From the IMG/VR virus record IMGVR_UViG_3300042879_003054: a stretch of 64,000 bases of DNA; one strand, written 5' to 3'. Shown in pieces: positions 35,969-45,936 of the stretch (the first letter of the stretch is position 1; the number at the start of each line of letters is the position of its first letter). Both the position numbers and the translations under genes were made by a program. Under the pieces are notes generated by a model, which saw only the letters and a list, made by a program, of their open reading frames with translations, did no database searches and was not told where the DNA came from. This DNA is from a virus.

Positions 35969-36769
35969 TCACCAATCAATATTTTTTCTAATCTTAATGT
36001 TATAATTCCAAATCTCAGAAAATATAGAACTATTCAAATCGTTATCATTAAAAGTTTCATTAAGAGCATTTAAATCTTTCGGAAAACAAGTTCCACCAAA
36101 TCCCCTGTCTCCATCAATGCCTGGAACCAAACTATGAGATTCACCAATCCTTTTATCCAAACAAACACCACTTCTAACTTTCTCAAAATCAATTCCAAGT
36201 TTGTCACATAAATCAAACATTAAATTAAAATAAGTGACTTTCATTGAAAGATATGTGTTAGAAAAGTATTTTATTGATTCAGATTCTTCAAAAGAAACTA
36301 AAATATTTTTGATATGAGGAAAATAGTTTAAATAAAAATTTTCTAATTTTTGAGATGATTCTTTTTCTCCACCAATAATATTTCTATCAGCATTATTAAA
36401 ATCTTCTACAGAATTTCTGGCAGTTAAGAATTCTGGATTATGAATTATTTTTAAATCTAATCTTTTTTCACTTAATGCTTTGGTAGTTCCAATAGGAACA
36501 GTAGATTTTATAACAAAAATCCCAGATAGATTTTTAGGAAGATCTTCAAAAAATGATTCAATATAAGATAAATTGCATCCTCCACCCATTTTATTTTTCA
36601 TTGGTGTTGGAAGACAAACAAAAACAATATCTGAATTTATAGTTTCATCATAAGAATTTAAAGATCTTTTTTCATCAACATCAAAAACAAATAAATTTTG
36701 AATCTTATTTTTTAGATTTTGGTATATAGCATTACCAACAAATCCATTTCCAATTATTCCAATTTTCAT
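35969..36769 (-). CDS. UDP-glucose/GDP-mannose dehydrogenase family (short form)
   Basis: GNGFVG, CLPTP, KSTVPIG, NPEFL and GFGGTCFPKD motifs. Confidence 0.85.
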   Translation of the reverse strand: MKIGIIGNGFVGNAIYQNLKNKIQNLFVFDVDEKRSLNSYDETINSDIVFVCLPTPMKNKMGGGCNLSYIESFFEDLPKNLSGIFVIKSTVPIGTTKALSEKRLDLKIIHNPEFLTARNSVEDFNNADRNIIGGEKESSQKLENFYLNYFPHIKNILVSFEESESIKYFSNTYLSMKVTYFNLMFDLCDKLGIDFEKVRSGVCLDKRIGESHSLVPGIDGDRGFGGTCFPKDLNALNETFNDNDLNSSIFSEIWNYNIKIRKNIDW

Positions 36770-37473
36770 TATAAATTTTCCTTCTGTATAATATATGCTC
36801 TTCCTTGTTCATCAAAACCATCAATTTCAATAAGTTGTGTCTCTGTATTAATATCATTATTTGGCACTAAGCAAGTATATGGACCAGGAATTCTATCATC
36901 ATTATTATAATTTCTATGTCCAGAAATATGATAGTGAGCACATACTATTTGTTTTCCTGGATTTTTTAATGTATATCCTTGTTCTGCCATCAATTTAGCA
37001 ATTTTATTATCACATCCAGGTTTTCCTAATGTAAAATTCATTTCTTCAGTTGTTTTAATTGGTGTAGTAAACACCCAAACATCTTGGGAAGAAGAATTAT
37101 CAAATGGAGCAATACACCACTCACCATTTTGGCAAAATACTTCCCATCGTGTTAAAGCAACAAAAATATTATCTAAATTAGTTTCTTTAACTGCAGATAA
37201 AGTTTCATCAAGAATAATATCAGCATTTGCAATAATACAAATTTGATCTTTTAGATTTTCATTACAAAATTCAAAAAGGTCCTTATATGTTGGCCTTTCT
37301 TCTCTTTGAACAATTTCTATTTTATCAGATTGAAAATTTAACTTTGCATCATCTGATATAAAAATATAAACTTTATCAATGTACTCATTTTCCAAATTCT
37401 CGTGAATACAAGTAAGATATTCACTATGCCTCTGATAATCAGGGGATCTAAAATATTCTATTAATAAATTCAT
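36769..37473 (-). CDS. Putative glycosyltransferase
   Basis: IANADI, ALTRW, SQDVW and LGKPGCDN motifs. Confidence 0.5.
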   Translation of the reverse strand: MNLLIEYFRSPDYQRHSEYLTCIHENLENEYIDKVYIFISDDAKLNFQSDKIEIVQREERPTYKDLFEFCNENLKDQICIIANADIILDETLSAVKETNLDNIFVALTRWEVFCQNGEWCIAPFDNSSSQDVWVFTTPIKTTEEMNFTLGKPGCDNKIAKLMAEQGYTLKNPGKQIVCAHYHISGHRNYNNDDRIPGPYTCLVPNNDINTETQLIEIDGFDEQGRAYIIQKENL

Positions 37474-38363
37474 TGAGTTTTAATCCAATCCATTAAATTT
37501 ACTTGAGGTCTCCATCCAAAAATGGTTCTCAATTTTCCATTATTTGCAAGAGTAATTCGTGATTCTCCAATTCTTGCTGGAATATTTATTTGATTATCAG
37601 ATATAACATTTGCAATTTCATTAATTGAGTAATTCACACCATTACCTACATTATAAAGTTCACCATAATATTCATCATCAATATCTTTTGTTGCTGCAAG
37701 AATATTTGCTTGAACTACATCAGATACGTGTGTAAAGTCTCTACGTTGTTCCCCATCCCCAACAATAGTAAGAGGTTCACCATCCTTTCGTTGACGTAAG
37801 AAAATACCAATAACTGGAGCATATTGTCCTTTTAAAGGTTGCCTTTCACCATAAACATTAAAATACCTAAAGGAAATTGTTTTAAGACCAAATAAGTCAT
37901 TATACATTTTGCAGAGTTTTTCTCCAGCAACTTTAGATACCGAATATGGATTTAAACAATCATCTCGTTGATTTTCGTGATTTGGTTTTTCATTAAATCC
38001 ATAACCAGAAGATGTAGAAGAATAAATCACTTTCTTTACTCCTGCTTCTCTAGCACACTGAAGGACTGTAACAGTACCTACACAATTAATACTAACTGCT
38101 TCAATAGGACTTAAAATTGCTGGTTGAATCCTTGCCTCAGCAGCAAGATGAAATACACAATCTACACCTTCATACAAAGGTCGCGTATTTTCATAATCCC
38201 GAATATCATACTTATAATTTTTTGCTTTTGTATTCCAATAAAATTGATCATGAACATCGGAAAATTCATTATCAATTACGATAACTTCATGACCAAGTTC
38301 AATCAATTCATCAACAAGATTTGATCCAATAAATCCTGCTCCACCTGTTACTAAACTTTTCAT
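37470..38363 (-). CDS. NAD-dependent nucleotide-sugar epimerase/dehydratase
   Basis: TGGAGFIGS, YxxxK (YSVSK), RYFNVYG, GDGEQRRDF. Confidence 0.92.
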   Translation of the reverse strand: MKSLVTGGAGFIGSNLVDELIELGHEVIVIDNEFSDVHDQFYWNTKAKNYKYDIRDYENTRPLYEGVDCVFHLAAEARIQPAILSPIEAVSINCVGTVTVLQCAREAGVKKVIYSSTSSGYGFNEKPNHENQRDDCLNPYSVSKVAGEKLCKMYNDLFGLKTISFRYFNVYGERQPLKGQYAPVIGIFLRQRKDGEPLTIVGDGEQRRDFTHVSDVVQANILAATKDIDDEYYGELYNVGNGVNYSINEIANVISDNQINIPARIGESRITLANNGKLRTIFGWRPQVNLMDWIKTQ

Positions 38364-39451
38364 AATACACTCCTATAAAGATCAATTATTTGTGTTTTTA
38401 CTTTTTTATATTCATATTTTTCCATATATTTATTTTTTGTCTTTTCTGACATTTCTTGATAATATTCAATATTTTTTTCCATTTTATTCAATTGATTTGC
38501 ATAATCTTCTACAGTGTAAGCCATATAACCACATCCTTCAATCTGTTCACTATGTCCCATAGAAACTGTTCCAGGATGTGTAACTATTGGTTTTCCATGA
38601 TACATTGCTTCAATCATTGCAACAGAACAAACTTCACCATCAATTCTTGAATGTGCAAAAACATCAATAGAAGATAAAAATCCATGAATGTCCTCTTGTT
38701 TGGAGGAAAAATCTAAAAAGTGAATATTTGTCAATTTTAACTCTTTTGCTGCCAATCTGTGATAATCACTACCTCCAAGAATTATAAAATGATTATTTTT
38801 ATTTGATATCAAACTATAAGCCTGCAAAGAATATGGTGCAAATAGTGCTGGATCATTTCTTTGATGAAATCCATAAACAAATGCATCTTCTGGTATTCCA
38901 AGATTTTTTCTAAGATTTGATTTTTTCTTTTTTGGTACAGAAACCAGATTTGGAATTATTTCTGCTTTTTTAATGTTGCCCCCATTTGCTGCCCATTTTT
39001 CTGCTTGCCATTTTGAGATCAAAATTGCTTTAACAATATTTTCTTTATCCTCACCTTTATCACTATGTATTCCATCAATAATTTTTGTTTTATTAATTAA
39101 ATTAAATGGATATTCCGGATAACCACCTCTAGCAGTCTGAATAATATCATATTCATTCTCATTAAAAAGTTCCCAAAAATTAGTATTGTTCCAAATAAAA
39201 GGTTCTGCATTACCAATTTTTGATTCCACATAAACAGGAATTGTACTAACACCAAAAGACTCAATCCATTTTTTTCTATTTTCATCATTATCTGGATGAA
39301 TAAAATTAGATCCTATAAATGGAGCAGCATTAGTATAAAAATAATCTACTTTAAAATCATTTTCAGCAAGAACCATTGCAATATTTTGCAGTGCCTTTTC
39401 TGTTCCACCAGAGGCAAGACCAGCAAATTTAATACAAGCTACTTTAGTCAT
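38360..39451 (-). CDS. GT4-like glycosyltransferase
   Basis: GGTEK; GEVCSVAMIEAMYHGKP (E-x7-E). Confidence 0.8.
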   Translation of the reverse strand: MTKVACIKFAGLASGGTEKALQNIAMVLAENDFKVDYFYTNAAPFIGSNFIHPDNDENRKKWIESFGVSTIPVYVESKIGNAEPFIWNNTNFWELFNENEYDIIQTARGGYPEYPFNLINKTKIIDGIHSDKGEDKENIVKAILISKWQAEKWAANGGNIKKAEIIPNLVSVPKKKKSNLRKNLGIPEDAFVYGFHQRNDPALFAPYSLQAYSLISNKNNHFIILGGSDYHRLAAKELKLTNIHFLDFSSKQEDIHGFLSSIDVFAHSRIDGEVCSVAMIEAMYHGKPIVTHPGTVSMGHSEQIEGCGYMAYTVEDYANQLNKMEKNIEYYQEMSEKTKNKYMEKYEYKKVKTQIIDLYRSVL

Positions 39452-39453
39452 AA

Positions 39454-40029
39454 TCAATACCAATTATGCAATTTTACTCCTAATTCACCTATAATTTTTT
39501 TTAAATCCACTTCACTCTGAGGAGTTTCAGTTGATAATAGTGGTGTATGCCATTCAACATACAATTCATTAATTTTATTAATTACATTATCTTTTATCAT
39601 TTTCCTAAGAATAGTAAATTCAGATCCCTCAACATCCAGTTTAACGACTATAAAATCATCATCATTATATTGATTAAGTATATCGGTCACATCTACGCAA
39701 TCAACTTCAATAAATTTACCAACTTTATTATTTTTTAAATAAAAATCGTGATTTGGATCAGTGAAATATCCAGAATCTAAAAGACAGTTTACTGAAGATG
39801 CTTGACTATCCAATAAAAATTGATGAAATTTAATTTTTCCATTTTTATCAAAGACAGCTTTTTTATGAATTTTAACAAATGGAATATCAGAAATATGTTT
39901 TTCCAATTCACAAGAAGGATCTGGCTCAAAAGATTCAACTATCCAATCTGAGTCAATACTATACATTTGTATAAATTGCCTCAATCCTTGTCCTTTATTT
40001 GCCCCAAAATCAAGAAAGACTTTTTTCAT
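39454..40029 (-). CDS. FkbM-family methyltransferase
   Basis: DFGANKG, FEP, KLDVEGSE, VEWH. Confidence 0.85.
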   Translation of the reverse strand: MKKVFLDFGANKGQGLRQFIQMYSIDSDWIVESFEPDPSCELEKHISDIPFVKIHKKAVFDKNGKIKFHQFLLDSQASSVNCLLDSGYFTDPNHDFYLKNNKVGKFIEVDCVDVTDILNQYNDDDFIVVKLDVEGSEFTILRKMIKDNVINKINELYVEWHTPLLSTETPQSEVDLKKIIGELGVKLHNWY

Positions 40030-40033
40030 TTAT

Positions 40034-40747
40034 TTACCTCAAAGTAGAACTATATTGACCATTTTTTGAACCTTGGCAAAATATAGAAGGAATTGACCAA
40101 TATACATTCATATTTAACTTACAAAATTGATATGCCAATTCCCAATCACTAACAAGTTGAAATGGAATAATTGAATCATAAATTTTTTTAGCGGAGTCTT
40201 TTTTAATTAAATATGCTTCTGCACAATTTGTAGATGGTGGTGGAACTTTAAATAAATTTTCACTTATTCTTTCTGTTTTATTCAATTTAGAACGAATAAA
40301 ATCATTTCCACATCCTTCACCCAGAAATATACTATCCCAGTTTTTTGGTGATTGTTGGATTATTAATTCAATTTTATCAAAAGTATCTTCAAAAATTGGT
40401 ATTATATCATCCTCAACAATTAAACAAAAATCATCTTCTTGTTCTGAAACTTTTTTCAAAGCAATAATATGTTTAATTGTACAAGAAATTTCAGCAGTAT
40501 TCAAAACCCTAAACCAATTTTCCTTTAAATCCCAAGCAGGAGGGTTAAACGCAGTTTCAATTTTATGTTCAAATAATTCTCTATCTGCTTTATAGAATTT
40601 AGAAACAATATCATCAGTAAAATCATCTTTATCGTAATCTTCAATAAATTCATATTGAAGATTACTATTTTTAAAAATTTCTAATACTTTACTTTTTCTT
40701 TCTATTAGTTTTGTATAATGAATTATAAAAGATTTTTTTAATTTCAT
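40034..40747 (-). CDS. GT25-like glycosyltransferase
   Basis: EISCTIKH, LIVEDD and AYLI motifs. Confidence 0.75.
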   Translation of the reverse strand: MKLKKSFIIHYTKLIERKSKVLEIFKNSNLQYEFIEDYDKDDFTDDIVSKFYKADRELFEHKIETAFNPPAWDLKENWFRVLNTAEISCTIKHIIALKKVSEQEDDFCLIVEDDIIPIFEDTFDKIELIIQQSPKNWDSIFLGEGCGNDFIRSKLNKTERISENLFKVPPPSTNCAEAYLIKKDSAKKIYDSIIPFQLVSDWELAYQFCKLNMNVYWSIPSIFCQGSKNGQYSSTLR

Positions 40748-40748
40748 T

Positions 40749-41390
40749 TTATTTTATTTTAAATAGGTAATCATTTCCAGATAATTGCTCAATAACTTCA
40801 TAATTTTTATTATCCATGTATTCAAAAATAAATTTCTTTCTATCTTCAAAAGTTGTTGTTTCAATTAACATATAAGTTGGTAAGTATTTTTCAATGTCAA
40901 AACCATTAAGAACAGATATCTCATAACCTTCAACATCTAAAGAAAAGAAATCAATTTTTTTAATATTATGTTTTTCTATTAATTTATTAATAGAAATTGC
41001 AGGAACTTTAATTATATTAAAATTTTCCTTTTTTGTTTTTTTACAATCTCTTAAGATATCATCACACCAATCCCCTTCATCCAAAACCATTGACATTAGA
41101 CTATCGGCATATCCTTCATGAGAAAAATCTCCATCAATATAATCACTTTGATAATTATTACTTACTAACGCATAATTTTCAACAATAGAATTTGGTCTAT
41201 TATTTTTACATTGAAAACATTTTGATGGATTTGGTTCAATTAACAATCCACTCCAACCAAATTCTTTTTCATACAAAAACGTATTTGATTGACTAATCCC
41301 ATCATTTGCTCCTGCTTCTATAAAAAAACCATTGTTAAAATTCAAATATTTTAACATTTTTTCATCCAATTCATGCAAGGCATATACCAT
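40749..41390 (-). CDS. FkbM-family methyltransferase
   Basis: EAGANDG..SNT, LIEP, SLDVEGYE. Confidence 0.88.
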   Translation of the reverse strand: MVYALHELDEKMLKYLNFNNGFFIEAGANDGISQSNTFLYEKEFGWSGLLIEPNPSKCFQCKNNRPNSIVENYALVSNNYQSDYIDGDFSHEGYADSLMSMVLDEGDWCDDILRDCKKTKKENFNIIKVPAISINKLIEKHNIKKIDFFSLDVEGYEISVLNGFDIEKYLPTYMLIETTTFEDRKKFIFEYMDNKNYEVIEQLSGNDYLFKIK

Positions 41391-41391
41391 T

Positions 41392-42480
41392 TTATTTCTC
41401 CAAAGTTTTAAATTTATTGACTGCTGATTCGATAACTACATGCATATCCATATACTTGTACTCAGACAATCTACCACCAAATATAAAATTAGTCATTTGT
41501 TTAGTTTTTTCTTGATATTTTTTATAAGTGTTTTGATTTTTATCATTATTAATTGGATAATAAGGAACTAATCCTTTTTTATATTCTTGAGAATATTCTT
41601 TTGTAATTACAGTTTTTTCTGTTGATATAGTTTCAAAATGTTTATGTTCAATAATTCTAGTATAAGGATGATCCATATCAGTATAATTAATCTGAGCACA
41701 TCCTTGATAATTTTCAATATCTAAAATTTCTTGTTTGAATTCTAAAGATCTATATTCAAGTTCCCCAAATTCATAATCAAAAAATTCATCAATACATCCA
41801 GTATATACAACTTTTTTTGCAAGTGAATTGAAATATTCTTTATTGGAAAAATAATCAATATTTAATTTAACTTCAATGCCATCAAGAATTTTTTCAAACA
41901 TTTTAGTATATCCACCAATTGGAATTCCTTGATACTTGTCATTAAAATAATTATTATCAAAAGTGTATCTCAAAGGAAGTCTTTTAATAATAAATGATGG
42001 AAGTTCTTTCGGATTTCTTCCCCATTGTTTCGTCGTATAACCTTCAATCAGAGTTTGGTAAATATCTTTACCAACTAATGATAATGCTTGTTCCTCCAGA
42101 TTACTTGGTGTTCCTTGAAATTTTTGTCTTTCTATAATAATTTTTGCATGTTTTGGAACACAAGTCCCCCACATTTCATAAAATGTATTCATATTGAATG
42201 GCAATGAATACATTTTACCACCAAACATTGCTTTAGGTGATAATATAAAATTATTAAATTTTGCAAACTTATTTACAAAATCCCAAACAAATTGATTACT
42301 AGTATGAAATATATGAGGTCCATACTTGTGGATATTAATACCTTCAATATTTTCAGTAAAACAATTACCAGCTATATGTGATCTTTTATCAATAATAAGA
42401 CAAGACTTGCCATAATCAGTGGCAAGTCTTGCAAAAGTAGATCCAAATAGTCCAGCACCAACAATTAGATAATCATACAT
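41392..42480 (-). CDS. glf: UDP-galactopyranose mutase
   Basis: VGAGLFG, HKYGPHIFHT, YQGIP, TRIIEHKHF, PYYP, GRLSEYKYMDM. Confidence 0.95.
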   Translation of the reverse strand: MYDYLIVGAGLFGSTFARLATDYGKSCLIIDKRSHIAGNCFTENIEGINIHKYGPHIFHTSNQFVWDFVNKFAKFNNFILSPKAMFGGKMYSLPFNMNTFYEMWGTCVPKHAKIIIERQKFQGTPSNLEEQALSLVGKDIYQTLIEGYTTKQWGRNPKELPSFIIKRLPLRYTFDNNYFNDKYQGIPIGGYTKMFEKILDGIEVKLNIDYFSNKEYFNSLAKKVVYTGCIDEFFDYEFGELEYRSLEFKQEILDIENYQGCAQINYTDMDHPYTRIIEHKHFETISTEKTVITKEYSQEYKKGLVPYYPINNDKNQNTYKKYQEKTKQMTNFIFGGRLSEYKYMDMHVVIESAVNKFKTLEK

Positions 42481-42486
42481 AATTAA

Positions 42487-43128
42487 TTAATAATTCCAAT
42501 TATTTTCAGTAAAAATATAAGCCCACATTCTTTCTAAGAAATGTGCCTCTTCTGGATTATGATGATTAGGAAAAGACTCCAAAAGTCTTTGATAAAAATC
42601 TTTTGTTCTAGATAAAATAAAATCCTTTCTAACCCCAAAGCATCCACACCAACAAACAGGAGTTATTTGTGGTATTTTATTAAAATGATTTTGCACATAA
42701 TCTTTAAATTTGATTTCACTTAATTTCAAAAATCCACTTTCAACCTGAGATTTATATCTTGGATCGGAAAGAAAGTCAATATCATTCCATAAAGTTTCAT
42801 TAAAAAATCCAATATTACTAGCAGAAAATCCATTATTTTCAATTTCAACAACATATTGCATTAAGTTTTTAAAAACATTAATACCAATATCTTTTATATC
42901 ACCTTGAAGAAATATTGTTCCATCATATAAAGAATCATAATTTTCTACAATATGATGAAGATATGTTTGAGATTCTCTCCCATAATTTGGCAATTCAACT
43001 ACTGTATAGTTATTATTATCTATTTTTTCTCCTTTATTATAGACAATAATGTCAAACTCATCTTTCCATTTCATTAACCAATCTAAATTTTCACCATATC
43101 TTGATATGACTAATTGATTTTTATTCAT
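42487..43128 (-). CDS. DUF3431-like protein (putative glycosyltransferase)
   Basis: LPNYGRESQTYLHHIVENYD, FLQG, LERMW. Confidence 0.7.
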   Translation of the reverse strand: MNKNQLVISRYGENLDWLMKWKDEFDIIVYNKGEKIDNNNYTVVELPNYGRESQTYLHHIVENYDSLYDGTIFLQGDIKDIGINVFKNLMQYVVEIENNGFSASNIGFFNETLWNDIDFLSDPRYKSQVESGFLKLSEIKFKDYVQNHFNKIPQITPVCWCGCFGVRKDFILSRTKDFYQRLLESFPNHHNPEEAHFLERMWAYIFTENNWNY

Positions 43129-43132
43129 TTAA

Positions 43133-43654
43133 TTATAATTTAACCAAATGAGTAGAACAATAAGATTCAATATATTCAATTGATCCTGTTTTTTTAGTAT
43201 CATTAATTAGTTTTTCAATTTCTGCACAAAAACTCTTATCCCCCATATAATGATTCATATCATCTATCATAATTACACTGTCATTAAATTTTTCCGAATA
43301 TTTTTTTATAGCAGTAATTTCTTTAGGCAGATAAACATTCATCAATTCACCAATATAATCTCCCCCAGACCAATGAGCATCTAACCACAAAACAAATGGA
43401 TCATTAATATTTTCTAATACTTTTGGCAGTTCTTCTTCTGAACTGCCGCAAATTAAATGCACATTTTTTTTGTCTTTAAATCTTTCTTTACATTTTTCAA
43501 AAAGATTAGGGTTCAATTCAATGCTATAAATTTCTTCAAACCCAGCATTTACAGCACATTCAACCCCATCCCCATCTGCTGTTCCCGTTTCAATAAAAAT
43601 TTTTCTATCTCCTCTACGTGCAATAAGTTCAGAGGCATTTGGATTTAATGGCAT
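43133..43654 (-). CDS. SAM-dependent methyltransferase-like protein
   Basis: FIETGT, SIEL, WLDAH, IDD. Confidence 0.7.
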   Translation of the reverse strand: MPLNPNASELIARRGDRKIFIETGTADGDGVECAVNAGFEEIYSIELNPNLFEKCKERFKDKKNVHLICGSSEEELPKVLENINDPFVLWLDAHWSGGDYIGELMNVYLPKEITAIKKYSEKFNDSVIMIDDMNHYMGDKSFCAEIEKLINDTKKTGSIEYIESYCSTHLVKL

Positions 43655-43661
43655 TTTTCTC

Positions 43662-44582
43662 CTACTTTAAAATTTTTTCTTTAATAAAATTAATAACATT
43701 TTTTGGTTTTGCAAACTCTGGTATTTTATTGTCTTTAAACCAAGGTTCACTAATCATTTTAGCATACAAATCATAATTTGCATCTATTTCCATGATTTTA
43801 TCTATAACAAGTTCATCATCTTCATATTGATGCCAATTTATAAAAGATTCTTCATTAAAATCACCAACAACAGCATTTGAACCCCAATAAATTGGAATAC
43901 AATTTGCAAACATAGAATGAATAATTTTTTCACTAACGTACCCATAATCTGGGCAATTTTCCATACTAATATTAAATTTAAAATTTTTTAAATAATCAAT
44001 TTTCCATCTTTGGTCTCCACGTCCAATTATATTTCCATTAGTATTATTATACATTCTACCAGCACAATGAACAAATTGTTTAAGATGTAATTTTGGAACA
44101 AACTCAACTCTTTTACCAAAAGGTTGTGTATTAACGAAAGAACAAAATGCTTGTTTCTGTAATAAAATTTTTTCTGGATCTTTTGGTGCTAAAAATTCAT
44201 CCAATGAATGAAGATATGATTGGTCCCTATTATCATTATGGGGGACATTAAACCAATTTAAATGCAAAACCCAAAGTGGCAATCTATAATTTCTCTCATC
44301 CCCAGTATCTTCATATCCAAAAGAAAAATGAGTTTGATTATAATTGGGCCTATGAATGTGAGGTGGTTCTGCTGTAAAATAAACTTTTTTCGTTATGCCA
44401 TTATCATAACGAAGATGCCCTTTTTGATTATGGTAATCTACACTATGAAATAAAATATCTGGTTCATTTTTTTCAATTGTAACTTCATATTCTTGACTCA
44501 ATAGATGATAAAAATAATTGTCAGTTTTGATAAAGTTTGGCCAAAAGTCTACAAAATCTATTGTTAATTTTTCTTTTTTCAT
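43662..44582 (-). CDS. GT10 alpha-1,3-fucosyltransferase-like protein
   Basis: FKFNISMEN...GYVSEKI...IPIYWG (GT10 motif). Confidence 0.88.
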   Translation of the reverse strand: MKKEKLTIDFVDFWPNFIKTDNYFYHLLSQEYEVTIEKNEPDILFHSVDYHNQKGHLRYDNGITKKVYFTAEPPHIHRPNYNQTHFSFGYEDTGDERNYRLPLWVLHLNWFNVPHNDNRDQSYLHSLDEFLAPKDPEKILLQKQAFCSFVNTQPFGKRVEFVPKLHLKQFVHCAGRMYNNTNGNIIGRGDQRWKIDYLKNFKFNISMENCPDYGYVSEKIIHSMFANCIPIYWGSNAVVGDFNEESFINWHQYEDDELVIDKIMEIDANYDLYAKMISEPWFKDNKIPEFAKPKNVINFIKEKILK

Positions 44583-44585
44583 AAT

Positions 44586-44966
44586 TTATTTTCCATAAAG
44601 AAATTGTGTGATTGAATCTTTTGTAATATTCAAAGAATTTAATACTTTATCATCAATGAGAACATCATAATGTATTTTGCCCATTACAAGTTGATGATAT
44701 TTTAAACCCCATTCATCTAAATTATTGAGAGTTTTGGTATATAACTGACCATAAATTTCAATTACATTTCCATTGAACTGTGTCATTCCTCTTGCTGTAT
44801 ATATAACAATTTTATGACCGTCATCATAGAGAGAATTGACTAATTCAATCATCTTTTTATTTGGAATACAGTAACTGTACTTTAATGGTCCTAAGTTTTC
44901 AAATTGATTTGAACGATGACAAAGAACATCATCCAAATCAAATGCAATAATCTTTTGTTTGCTCAT
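44586..44966 (-). CDS. HAD-family phosphatase (capsule-biosynthesis type)
   Basis: FDLDDVL, YTARG, GK..D..IDDK. Confidence 0.8.
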   Translation of the reverse strand: MSKQKIIAFDLDDVLCHRSNQFENLGPLKYSYCIPNKKMIELVNSLYDDGHKIVIYTARGMTQFNGNVIEIYGQLYTKTLNNLDEWGLKYHQLVMGKIHYDVLIDDKVLNSLNITKDSITQFLYGK

Positions 44967-45936
44967 TTAATAATTTCAATTTAGATGTAATTCTTTTTTG
45001 GATGAGTTTGTCGGCATTTGGAAAATGAGATTTTATATTATTAATAAAACTCTTATCTGATAGTATATAATGACAGCAAGTCATTATAATTTGACTTTTG
45101 GATACACGAGATATATTAGGAATCCATTTTTTCCATTTACCTGAAATATAGCATATTTCATATAATTTTTCAAATAGATAACTATCTTCTTTGCACATTT
45201 CAAGATAAAACTCTGATTCAATTTGCCCATATTCTGGAGCAATATTAATGGCATCAAGACCATCAGCAAATCTCACTTCAACATCAAAAGAATCCGTAAG
45301 ATAATCCCCATTATGTTCTTTACTCATCAAATTAAAACTTTTAACCACTTCAATAAAATTTTCAAGTCTATTATTATTGAAATTTCCAATATTTGTTCTT
45401 GTTGCTAAATCTAATTTTGTCCCAGACTGGACAACAGCATATTTAATTTGATTAAATTGTTCAACCCTCAATCTAATTTTTAAATATCCAAGCATCCAAT
45501 TTAAATCTTCTGGTTCATATTTAAAAATTGCCTCTTCTGTTCCAACCTCGTACATTACGTTTGAATTAATCTCAAAAAGTTCCTCAATAATATCAGCAGT
45601 TTTTTCTGCTGCACGATAAATGGTTTGTGAAACTCTAAAAGGATCTATATGAATCAAATCAAAACATTGTGCATCAACCCCAAAAGATACTTCACCATCA
45701 TCACTCATTTGTCCTTGTTCTTCTCCTCCATGATCACGACAGAGAAAAATTGATGAGTTTTTATTTTTAACATAAGAAGAAAATGTTTTAGTGTTCCAAT
45801 TATTAACATATCCACCAGAAAAATCAACTTGTCTTCTAGAAGCAATCAATCCAATAGGATGTTTTTGACCATGTTTAATTACACAATCTACCACATTTTG
45901 ACTCATTGGACCTATGTAATATTTGGGGAAAATCAT
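44938..45936 (-). CDS. GatZ/KbaZ-like TIM-barrel sugar-phosphate epimerase/aldolase
   Basis: ASRRQVD..GGY, RDHGG, IHID, EVGTE and KEHNGDY motifs. Confidence 0.6.
   Translation of the reverse strand: MIFPKYYIGPMSQNVVDCVIKHGQKHPIGLIASRRQVDFSGGYVNNWNTKTFSSYVKNKNSSIFLCRDHGGEEQGQMSDDGEVSFGVDAQCFDLIHIDPFRVSQTIYRAAEKTADIIEELFEINSNVMYEVGTEEAIFKYEPEDLNWMLGYLKIRLRVEQFNQIKYAVVQSGTKLDLATRTNIGNFNNNRLENFIEVVKSFNLMSKEHNGDYLTDSFDVEVRFADGLDAINIAPEYGQIESEFYLEMCKEDSYLFEKLYEICYISGKWKKWIPNISRVSKSQIIMTCCHYILSDKSFINNIKSHFPNADKLIQKRITSKLKLLNEQTKDYCI

Noticed and set aside
35860-35979. N-terminal extension of hli in the ORF track (similar cases for gp33 and the 29488 and 25988 starts)
   Set aside because: The extensions run through promoters, terminators or neighbouring genes; downstream ATGs fit better.
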